From the NCBI GenBank assembly GCA_905178155.1, contig CAJINV010000014.1, positions 1 to 64,000 of the forward strand: a stretch of DNA of 64,000 nucleotides, in the 5' to 3' direction. The notes under the pieces were generated by a model, which was given only the letters and a program-made list of their open reading frames with translations, searched no databases and was not told the origin of the DNA. Source of the stretch: Amoebophrya sp. A120. Taxonomy: Eukaryota > Protista > Dinoflagellata. Below, piece after piece: positions 48,001-60,000 of this stretch. The translations under genes and the position numbers were made by a program. Each line of letters opens with the position of its first letter. Position 1 is the first letter of the stretch.

Positions 48001-51000
48001 TTGCAGCTGTTGCATTACAAACTTGGCACAGATTTAGGCGCGGTTTAACCCTTCGAGTCTTTGTTGCGCGCAGCCGCTTGGTTGCGTACATGCGAGATGG
48101 GGAGGGCATCTCTCATGGCGATGCGTGCATCCAGTTTGTGCGACATGTATCGCATCGCTTTGGCCTTTGACTCCTGTCAGGGCGGCGTTAGAACAGATCT
48201 AGCCTCTGCCAATACCGTGGCGTTAGAAAAGATTTAGGGGAGGGCATGGGGAGGCATTTTCTCATGCGGGGAGGGCATTTCTCATGCGGAATAGGCATCA
48301 GGGAGCCCTCTAAAAATCTGCGATGCTAGGTCATGCATTCGAAGCATTATGGGTCATGCAAAATATGCATGACAACCCTGGCAATCTTCCAGACCCAGAC
48401 ATATTTGCATTTGATATGGACCTATGGATTGCGAATGTGTCTGGGTCTGGAGAGTTGAACTTGTAGTGCTGGTCTTTAATTATTTGTATTTCCTGTGTAT
48501 TAATAAAAATCTGAATCTGTATTGCATGGCCAACAACAACCAAGGTCGTGCCTCTTTTGTCATACAAAAACGTAGCCTCTCATGCGAATTGCTTATGAGA
48601 AAGCGCTCTGCAATAAAGTTGTCATGCTTGGCTGCATTCGGCAACGTCTTCATCATCCGGTGCTCAGCATCATAACTTTCCAGACCCCGACTTCATATTT
48701 GCCCTTGATAGGACCCAACCACCGACGCGGGGTTCGGTAGTTTTAACAATGTTCATCAGCTCTGCCTTAGTTGGATTTGATCCGTATGACAGTGCACATT
48801 CCCCCCTCCCCCTCACGTAGTAATGCAGAATACCATTTTTTCCCTTTCTTTTGGCACTCTCTGCATGTTAAATTTTGATTTAAGAATCTCAAACAGTATA
48901 TATTACATCCCGCGTGCAGATCTGTGTCTGTCGTGCGGAAGCCACCTCTCTGCCGTTGCTTGTGTTGTTGTTGTTGTTGATGCAATAAGTACAAATGAGG
49001 GGAAGAGGTGGCGGAGTTGTGCAGTCTCATAGTCCGACTGCGGGATGCATCCAGGAAAAAACACCCATCCCCATCCAATTTGTCATGCAAAACATGCACA
49101 AAATCCACTATTTGTCATGCAAAAAATGGATGGGGATGGGTGTTTTTTCCTGGATAGGATCCACAAGCACGTAGCCGTTATTTAACCGCTGTCGACAGCA
49201 GTCCCCCCGATTCCAGATTTCCATGTAAGAAAGTGTGTGGCTTTTTCCATCCGCAAACTCCACGCGCCACCAGCCTGCCGTGTCTCTGGTGTGGCTACAG
49301 ACCGCCGGCCTGCCAGTTCGCGTGGACGCTTGGTATTTTTCCCAGCCCCACTCGGTAACCCTGCCCTTCTCGTAGTACAGCGGATCTTCCGCTTGGCCGA
49401 CAAGTTTTTCCAAAACAGTAGTCGTGTAGTCTGAGCTCTGCGTGGCTTTCAGCAGAATGGGGTTCACTCGCAGTCGCGGACTTTCCTCCCACCAGGGCAC
49501 TTCAGTTGAGGGGATGTAGAAGAGCACGCCGCACTATGAAAGTGCACAACTCCCCCTCCGCCACAACATTTGTCACGCAAAATTTTAAGTCCACCCTTTG
49601 CCTGTTAGCACTGTTTGCATGACAGGCTCCGGAATTATATCCAAAACAGCACTAGTACAACCCTCTAGGGACTTCTCACGCAATATTAAAGGCTGCATCT
49701 TTGCCAGCGCTTGTGTTGCTGTTCATGCAACTACACAAATGCGGCGGAGGGGCAGTTGTTGTGCACTCTCATACACACAGGTTTAACACATCTCGCGAAT
49801 GAGGCACCACGTACAAGTACCGAAAAGACTTCGACGCAGTTAGAGCACTTAGGTCCACCCGCTCCCCATCCTGGCAGTTGTTTTCATTATCCAATGCAAA
49901 TATGTCTGGTGTTTTGTCTGGAAACAAGACCTTGGTACAGCACGGGGAAGAGAACGACTTGAACTTTTTGAAGAAAGAAAATAAAAGAGAACTACGTGAA
50001 TGCAGTATGTAGAGAGAGATTAAACATGCTAATATGTCCACCGGTGGTACTAATTATTACTACTTATACTATCACTTGCGCAACATACAATTTGGGTGCA
50101 ATGAACTTCTGCCCACGGGGTCCCGCAGGCTCTACCGAGGTGCTACGCTGGCCAAAGCGCTAGGCACCTGGGTCGGGAAGGATGCAAGGTTTCTTTGTCA
50201 TGCTTGTCCGGCATGACTGAAGAGTTTATTGTGACGGGTGTCCAAGAAGCGAGCCGTTTGCTTGTCATGCAAAACGCAGTTTGTCGTGCGGAAAGCACAA
50301 CACTAAGCCGCCCAAATATTTTTTTCTCATGCTCGGCTGTGCATTACAGAGAGTTTAATTATATTCACAACTGTTTAATATTCACAACTAAAAAGCATTA
50401 CAAGTTTCCAGACCTCCCAGACATATTTGCATTTGATAATCTCCCTTGTACGTTGGTTCGGACGCTGAGCAGTCAACGTTGGAATCGCTACAAATTGCTT
50501 CCTGTATCCTGTGTAAAAACGTCCCCGCCCAATGGAGGGTGTCATGCAAATCTGCGTCTTCCTTAAAATGTCTCTCATGCGGAGCCCCATGAGACGCATT
50601 TTCTAGTCGTGGCTTGGAATTTGCGATAATCGAATCGGCGCGATGATGTGCAGCTCCTAGATCGGTGATGCTACTGAACTAGCTAAACACAACTACACGA
50701 CGAGGCCAAACTTGTCATGCGCAACAGCTAAACCTTGTTGAGGTGTGTAGCAGATTTCCCATCTTGACTATGGGGTGTTTATGTACTAGAAAAGACCACA
50801 TGAAAAAAGCACAGACGATAAGCAACTGACGAGTATGGGGTATTTATGTACTGGAAGAGACCAATATAAAGCACAGAGAAGCTTCAAACTTTCAGGAAAG
50901 GAAGGAGGAGAACCAACTACGACGAGAAGAGAAATTGAAATAGAAAAGCATGCTACTATGTGGCCACTGCTAATATTCTGTACTGTGCTTCTATGGTGTG

Positions 51001-54000
51001 TGGCCGTTTTTACACAGGATACTCTTGTAGTCGGGTTTGCCATCCTGAGGATCCTCGTCCACATCGGGGTCGCAGACTGGGACGTCGCCTGGCAGCTGGA
51101 TGTGGTATGATGCACCTGCACTTGCACTCATCTGCGCATTCCAAGCCGTCTCCAAGTCATTCTGCGTCGGCGCAGAATGGTTCACCCCGGGCGGATCCAA
51201 CAGGATGTGAGCGTTGTTGACGCGATCTCGTCCCACGGTGCCGGTTCGTGCTCGATTCCAAATTCTCATGCTTGAGCGTCGCGTTGTCAAACTTGGTTAC
51301 GTGGATGGACGCTGCCACGGCGTGATTTTCATTTTTGCTTGGCAACTAGTTCATATCTAGAACGGGCGGGCGCTCCGCGCCCGCCGGCCCGGCGACAAGG
51401 GGGTGCAAGGGGGAGCGAGGGAGAAAGGGCCTACAGGGTAGCGGCTAGCGCTACAGCCTCAAAACATGCTGGACAGGCGAAAAAAAGAAACGGCAGCGCC
51501 CCTGGCCTTCCTCCCTCGGTCGGCGGGAGCGAAAGAAGTGTGGGTCGAGAGAAGGCCGCGAGGCGCCAGGGGCGGTAGGGGGCGCACAGCGCAGCCCCGG
51601 TCCGAGCCGCCACAGACAGGTCCGGCGGAGAGCGTGCCAAGACCCTTTTCGACGGCCCGGGAGGCGAGTCACAGGAAGATGAACGAAAAGACAACCCCAA
51701 AAAAAAGTAAGCAGGCCAAAGCCCGGGGTCGGGGAAGAAGCAAAAAGCCCCGGAAGCGAAAGGGGAAACGCCCAAACAGGCCGAAGGGGCGAGCCGTAAA
51801 GAAACCGGAAACACGCCCGGCGGCCCAAAGGACACGGGGCAAAATCAGGCAGCCCCGGTGAGGCCGAAGAGCCCCCGCGGCCGGCAGTGGGCACGCGACG
51901 AAGCCCGGCCTAGAGAGCCACAGGTGGCAGGGGAAGGCGCAGGATGCCACCAAACCCCTCGCAACAGGGGGCGAATGGCAAGGGGCGCCAGAATGCAGCA
52001 CGAATCCGGCCCGGGGTAGCCAATCGGCGGCCGCCAGCCAGGCATCTAAGAGGGTTCGGCAAGGGGAGACCGCAGCCCCGAGCCCCCTGCCCGAGGCTCC
52101 TTGACAGGCGGCCCGGGCGAGCTTTTGTTGGTCTATTGTGTTTCCATCGGGGTTTCTGGCTCCGGCTGCATTGGCGGGTTTTCTCACTAGTGTTTCCGCT
52201 TTCCCCAAAGTCGGGCTTTTTGTCACTAGTGGCTTCACTAGTGGGCGCCTTCACTAGTGGCGCCTGTCACTAGTGCCCCTCGTGCTTTTTTGTCACGCTA
52301 AAAACACTAGCAGGATTTCTACTAGTAGCCGTTTTTCTACTAGCAGCTTTCCACTAGTAGAATTCCTACTAGTAGCTTGCAGCCCCGCGTCCGCCAGAAT
52401 TTTTGCAATAAAATTATAGATAATTGTTCTGCTGCACCAACAAGATATTGCAAAAAGGAAGGCTGCGCTTCCAGCGTGACAGGTTCGGCACGGACTGCAG
52501 AGAAGTACCTGTTGGGCTTGACGTTAATGTAGTTGATGTAAGTAGCCTGATCAACATGCAGACGAGTGTCTTCAAGAATGTGTGACGCTGACGCAGGTAC
52601 TAGAGGTTCTGCATGACAAATTTGCACAACGAGAAGCCAAGACACGACGACGTCGCAACAGCAAAGGTCCACGTAACACTGGAGGCGAACGTGATATCAA
52701 GAGCGAGTGGGCTTTCCCGTCGGCAAACTCCATGCGCCACCATGCCCCCTTACTGTTGTTTTCTGCGTTGAGGGATATCGCCAGAAAAAACTGCTTCACT
52801 GTAAATTTGTAATGCACAAAATGTATTTCTTCACAAGTGTTTGCCTTGCTGTTGCTACACATGCAAGACAGTGGGGTTTTAGCTGTGCTGTTTTCCCTTA
52901 GGAACCTTGCATGGCAAATTTCTCTGTCATGTAGAGCAAACTTGTGATGCAAAACCTGCAAAATGAAAATCCTTACAATGAAACACTTTTTTTGTACGAT
53001 AAGGGAGCAAAGGTTTTCACTACCACCACCGTGCCTGGTGTTCATGCCCTTCTCGTAGCCTAGTGGTTTTATAGCGTCATCTATCCACATCACGTTTCTC
53101 TTTTCGCTATCAAAGGCAAATATGTCTGGGTCTGGAAGATTGCCATGTTTGTCATGCATATTTTGCATGACCCGTGAAGTCTGTAATGCATGCACGAGCA
53201 TCACAGATTTTTTTTAGATTATAGAGTGCTTCCTAATGCCTATTCCGCATGAGAAAAGCCCTCTACTCCGCGTAGTCCAAACTGGAGTCCTCTTTACTGG
53301 TCACGCAATACATTTTTTTTTGAATCCAGAGACACCAGCGTCACAAGTTTAGAATCTTCCAGACCCAGACATTCTTGAATTTGATATTCGCTTATGAAAT
53401 GCAAAAGTATCGCACTCGTACAAATGCACTACAAATTTCCTCAGCATGAGAAATAAAATTTGTAATGCAGATTTGCCTTAAGAAAAACATTTGTAACGCA
53501 TGATTGCAATACGAGTACGATACTTTTGCACAGGATATCGCTCTGTGTGGCCCAAAGCTCCGACGCCGGAACCTGGACTTCCTATGCAAGAAAAAAACTG
53601 CGTAAGTGTAGCTTTGTAATGCATAACTACATGCAACAGAATTACGCCTGTCATGCCAGACAACCATGCAGTCCTCTTTTCTATGTGTGTTTTCCCTTAC
53701 AAGCCACGCATGACAGGTTTATTTCGCTCCTGTCATGTAGCGCAAATTTGTGATGCTGTCCGCGGCCAACGAATAAAGTTACACTAACGCAGTTTTGTTC
53801 TTGGATACTTCCAGCTGCTCGTCTGCAGCTCTGGTCTTTCGTTCTACCTTCACTTTCTGCCCTTTCTTCGCGATTCGAGCTCTGGAGGAGAGCCCGATGA
53901 CCTCCGTGGTGGTCTCTTTCTCCCGACTGATGCTTGTGAAATCATGCCCACGCTCTTTATTCTCGTGAGGACTTCTGCTCTGCACCGCGCTCCTCTTCGG

Positions 54001-57000
54001 GGTAGTTTCGGTTCCACTTGCGCTCGCAGTATTTGTTGAATTTGTTGCAGTTGCTGCGTTCTTTGTCTTTCGGGAGTAGTTGTGGTTGGAATTATAATTA
54101 TTCTTCTTCATCTTCTTCTGGGGCTGGCGTTGGGCTTGGCTTTCGCTTTGATGCCCCTCCTTCTCTTCTTCTTCTTCTTCTTCTTCTCGCGAGGTTGCTA
54201 TTAATGTCACCTGCGTCGTGGTCGCCGTCGCAGCAGAGGGCGGCGCGGCATGCGTTGCGAAGTATACCTCCCAATCAAATGCAAAAATGTCTGGGTCTGG
54301 AAGAGTCCGAGATTTGGTATGCTGTTTTTGCATGACACATAATGTCTGTCATGGAAGTCCTAGCATCACAGGTTTTTAGAGGTTTTCCTGATGCCTATTC
54401 CGCATGACAAATGCCCTCCACGCGTAGCACAAACTGGACTCCTCTTGCTGGTCACGCAATACAGAATTTTTCAGAGTCCAAAGTTAGCATCACAAGTTCC
54501 ACTCTTCCAGACCCAGACATTTTTGCATTTGATACTCCCAATCCTCGTCCGCGACCGCCTGCACAGGGATGACGCAAGAAAAGTAGTCCGTCACACCAAA
54601 GAACTCGTTCCCCGGCATGTCATTTGTAAAAACGTCCCCACCCCAGAGTCAAGATGGGGATTTTGCAACACAAACCTGAAAGTTTTGGGAGCCACGCATG
54701 ACAACTTGCAGGCTGTAGTGTAATGGTGTTTAGCAAGGGAAGCCGCATAACAAATCCATCTCCTTATCCTGTTGACAGCATTACAACTTCCATAACACGA
54801 TGGGAAATGCCTCTCCTGGGGATGCGCATTACAAATGCTCTTGCGCTTGCAGATCTGCATTACAACTCTGGTGTGGGTACGTTTTTACTTACGGTACGGC
54901 ACGCTGGCACACTCCCGCTTGGTCGCGGCGTCCTTTTTACAGCAGGCCCCTTTCGTATGAAAGAGCACAACTCCCCCTCCCCCTCATTTGTCATGCAAAA
55001 TTCCAAATCCACCCTTTGCCTGTTAGTACTGTTTGCATGACAGATTATTCCGGAATCCGAAACAGCACTGCCATCGCCTAGGAATTTGTCATGAAAAAGC
55101 TGCATGATCCTGTGTTGCTGTTCATGCAACACAAATGAGGGGGACGGAGGGGGAGTTGTGCACTGTCATATTTCGATTTGCCGTCCCTGGAGTCGCACCC
55201 GAAGCACCACCCCTCGATGGGAAGGTTTTCGTCACTCATCTCCCGGCACACCGCGGGGCACTCCATCTGCTATTGCGTTCTCAAACGTTACATTCTCAAC
55301 GGTTACATGAATTATTTGTCATGCAAAAATACCATAAGCAACCACACGGCCCAGCGGCTGTGCATGACAAATTCTCGAAGGGCTATTAAACAGAATCTAA
55401 ATCTGTCCGGAATTTGTAATGCTACAGGTCCAGCAACCTCCTTCTGGCTTTGGATTTTCATTTTGTCACTCTTGCATCACAAATCCATGTCACAGTTGAG
55501 AACATAAGAACGTTTGAGAAGGCCATATCTGCTTGGGTCCCATTGGAACTGCCGCCATCTCGTCCTCGGTTGCTCGCCCGGGCAGGTTCCCCGGCGTGTA
55601 GAGCACGCACTGATGATACGGAAAGTAGCTCCCGTCGGGTAGCTTCCCAAAGTAGCTCGGCGGGATCTGTTTGCACTCTGGGGGGTCGTTCTTGTCATTG
55701 TACCCGTATCAAATGGAATATTTGATGCCGGGATCCTCTTTGGGGAGATTCATTTTGCAAAAACACTTGTAACGCTCTGCGGACAGGTGGACGAGCAAAT
55801 AATCTGTGATGCATGTTGATGCGCTACCGCGCATGTTTTTTCGTTGTAAAATGCAAAAACGCAACTTCTCATGCACTTCACGCACTATCCAGTCGCTCAG
55901 AAACTAACTTGTCATGCGCGTGCCCATGATCATATTTGACGCGGCTCATGATCCGCAAAGTAGCATCGCAACTTTCCTTCAGAGGACCCAGATGATGTGT
56001 TTTCAATGCATAGCCTGCAACACGCACCAACCTCGCTCCCGTCCGCTATGAGAGTGCACAACAACTCCCCGTCCCTCTCATGTGGATGTTGCTGGCAAAA
56101 AAAGCAATACAAGTGTCGGCAAGTAGAATACAGGTTTTGCCGCGTGACAAATTCATCACCCAGGACTGTAGTGCTGCTTGAGCTTCCAGAACTTGTCATG
56201 CGAAAAGTGCCAAGAGGCAGAGGGTGGTGTGGATTTGGTATTCTTGTTTTGCATGACAAATGGAAATGAGGTGGAGGGGGAGCAGTTGAGCACTCTCATA
56301 TCCGCTGCGTCGCACCCACGACATCGGCCAGGTGTGGCGCACATACTCCGCTATGGAAGCGTCAGGGTTGAAATCGACAAAGTTGAAATGATTTGTCATG
56401 CATAAAATGGATACCAGTTGGAAGCCCAATTTCTAAGCGGCGCATCACAAATTATGATGGTGCCTAAATCCAGTTTGTAATGCTGTTTAGGCGAAAAAGA
56501 CTGATTCTCTCATGCTGGTGTAGCAGCTCGAACTGTAACCCCAAACAGGCTTGCAATCGGCCTCAGTTGCCTGCTCTGCAACACACGTATTTCGCGTCAT
56601 GCATTTTATGCATCACAAATTTTTCGATTTTGTCAATTTCGATCCTGACAGTTCCATATCCGCTCTGCAGAAATTAGAGTCGCCGTTACTAGATTATGCA
56701 GTGCAACAGTATCGTACTCGTACTAATCAATGGCGTGTAAGTTTATGCATTACAAATTGTTCTTTAGGCCAATCGCCCGCATTTTTACAAAGTAATGCAG
56801 CTATTGCAATTTTTACTAGTACGCTACTTTTGCAATGCATATACATCATCTTCCGGGGTGACGTGGTCGTAGCGAATGCACTGCTGAAAGCCTGGCCCGC
56901 TATCACAAGGAAAAAATCCCCCTCCCCACATCAAAACGAAAATTCTGAGGCTGAGTGTGCGTACACAATGCAGGTCTGTCTTGCAGAAAGTGCTTGGTAG

Positions 57001-60000
57001 CATTTTCTCAGCCTGTTGAGGTATCGAGAAGGCTAGCAATTACGCACCGCAAACAGGTTTTCTGTGGTCGAAAGCGCGTGACAGACGGGACTCGAATGCG
57101 CGGCCACATGGCCCCCATTAGATAGTTGCCCTCTACTAGGCAAGACAAAGGTGATTTATGACCACAAACCAGATTCAGAAACTTCCATTTTGATATGGGG
57201 AAGGGGGATTTTTCATTTTGACACCCGCAGTGTTTTCCGTCTGCGGAGCACCGCGGCGTCGCTCCCGACGAGAGGAAAATAGGACTCCCGCCGGTGAAGG
57301 ATACACCATTTTTCGCATATCGGCACGCCTGTGTCATTCTTGTGTAGTCTACCGTTGACTCGGCTTTCACGGCGTTGTAGTCGTGCACCGCTTTCAGCTG
57401 ACAATCACCTGTTTCCGTATAAAAGGCAAAGCCCGTGCAGTCGCTCCGTGCTGCACACAACGCCAGGCATTCGTCGTATATTGTAAGGAAAAACTCCTCC
57501 TCCCCATATCGAAACGAAGTTTCTGACGCTGGATTTCCGTACACAAATCCGAGCTGTCTCGCAGGAGAGGACTAGAGGCATACGCCGCGCCTGAATACAG
57601 AGCTTCTGACGTGGACGCTTAGCGTAAGCGTCGGAAATGTCTATGCTATAGCCCAAGCAGCATCGCAAACCGTCCGCATAATGCGGCGGAGACTGTAGAG
57701 CTGCCTTCTTGCAGGACAAATGTGATTTGTGCCCTCAAATCAGCAACGCAAGAACTTTTAGGAGACATACCTTTTCCATATGGGGAGGGGGGATTCTTCC
57801 TTTCAATATCGTACGTTTTCTGAAAGGGGTTGTCCAGATCATTGCCCTCGTGGTTACGGTCCTCGTGCCTCCCACACGCATCGTTGATATCAAGCTTATC
57901 CAAGAAAAAAACACCATCGCAGTCACATTTTGGAGGGTATGCATCAGACTCTCGTATGCCAAACTTTTTTTGTGTTGCAAAAACATAAGGAGAAATCGCC
58001 TATAAAAAGCCCTGCTCTTATTTGTCTGTGATGCAGTTCTGCGCATGACAAATATTTTTGTTTATGCAAAAATATGCAAAAGTGATTGTGATGGTGTTTT
58101 TTTCATCTTGGATAAAGCTGCGGGTAGTTGTAGTACGGCAGGGGCGCCAATTATGGAGGCGTCCGGACGGAAATTTTTGACAAAGATGGAATAAATCTAA
58201 ATTTCCAGGCATGATCAAATGCAACGCACAGAGTCGTGCCTGTCTTGCGGGGAGGGCAAGCGACGCCGATAATTGCAAGCCTGTTCTTTAGGGGTCCTCA
58301 CGACGAAGCTACTAAAGTAGCATGACAGACCTCGTCTTCTTACTTTGCCCAAAGACCCTGACAAACTGGACGATTTCAAGCATCGCAAAGTATTTTTTCA
58401 ACTTCGTCGATTTCGATCCTGACACTCCCATACAACTACACGTCGGCACGCGTCCGTCATTTCCAGGTAGTCGGTTTTATTATTGGCAACCTCCTTGAAC
58501 GCCGTGCCTCCAACTTCGCCTTTCACCGCACAATTGTTTCCTTTGTTGCGCTATGCAATGCAGAAGTATTGCACTCGTACTACTTGCAAGTATGCATCAT
58601 GACAAGAAATCTTCTTCCTATAGGTAAAACAGCACGACGACAAATTCCATTTTTCTTGTAGCCAAAATTTGTATATGCAATTTATACTAGTACGATACTT
58701 TTGCAAGAATGCATATGGGTTTCCGCATGTGCACTAAGCCCGCGCAGTCGGGATTTTCCGCGCACCAATCCCGGCACTCCTCGTATGTCAAATGAGCCTT
58801 GACGCGGTAAACAGTACCCCCTGCAATGAGCTTATCCGCTCCTTCGACATTCGTGCGAAGCTTCTTCTCGCAGAAGTCGTCAATGGGCTGGTGTAGTGCG
58901 GACCGGCACTGATCGGTCATCCGCAGGTACGGTATGAGAGTACACAACTCCCGCCGCTTCCCCTCATTTGTATTGCATCATGAACAGCAATAGATACAAG
59001 CGTCAGCAAGAATGCAGGTTTCGCATGACAAATTCAAATTTGGACAGGAGTGTAGTGCTATTCGAACTGCCAGAACTTGTCATGCGAGCAAGGCCATCAA
59101 GAGCCAAGAAGTAATGTAATGTAAACTACTAGGCATTTTGCAAGACAAATGAGGGGGCGGGTGGTTGTCGTTGTGCACCCTCATATACGTTATCGCCTCC
59201 CCTGGCTTGTCCTCGAGGTCCAAATCGTTGAACGGAGCGTTTTTTATTGCACAGTTATCCTCGTCGGAAAGAGCAGTTCCAACAAACACAAAACCCGTGC
59301 AGTCGGCGTATCTTCGGCAAAAATCCTGGCACTCCTCAAAGGTGAGATGCCCCATCACGCGCCCCATGTCCCCTCCGACGTCTTCGTCGTTGCCCTTGAG
59401 ATTCTTATTGTCCTGCCTTTTGCAGTATGCATTGCAAAAGTACCGTATTAGTACCAATTGCGATTACAAATTTTATCAGAAAATAAAACGAAATTTGTAA
59501 TGCTAATTTTTTTTTTTGCTAATTCAGGTATAAAAGGTAGGTTTGTCATGCAAGATTGCAACTAGTACGAGTACGATACTTTTGCACTGCATACGCAGAC
59601 GTCCTCGACTTTTAAGCTTGTTGTTCCACGACCCGAATGCAGCCCGCTCTTGGTTTCTTTATTGCAAGAAAAAATCCCCCGCCCCTCCCATATCGCAAAG
59701 ACACGCCTAGGTGGAACATTTGCAGAAGTGCTGATCTGTGGCTACCGATCGCGTGTCTTGCGAGAAGGCAACTCCACAGGCTCCGCCGCATCATGCAGGC
59801 GGCTTGTGATGCTGTGGGCCCTACAGCGTAGACGTTTGCCATACTGGGTGCCTGCTATGTGAAAACAATGAACAACTTAATACTATACGCCTGCAGTTCT
59901 CTGCTGCAAGACAAATCGGATTTGTGCAGTCACATCACGCAAATCCAGCATCAGAAATTTCGTTTTGATGTGGCGGGCGGGGACGGGGAGATTTTTCCTT

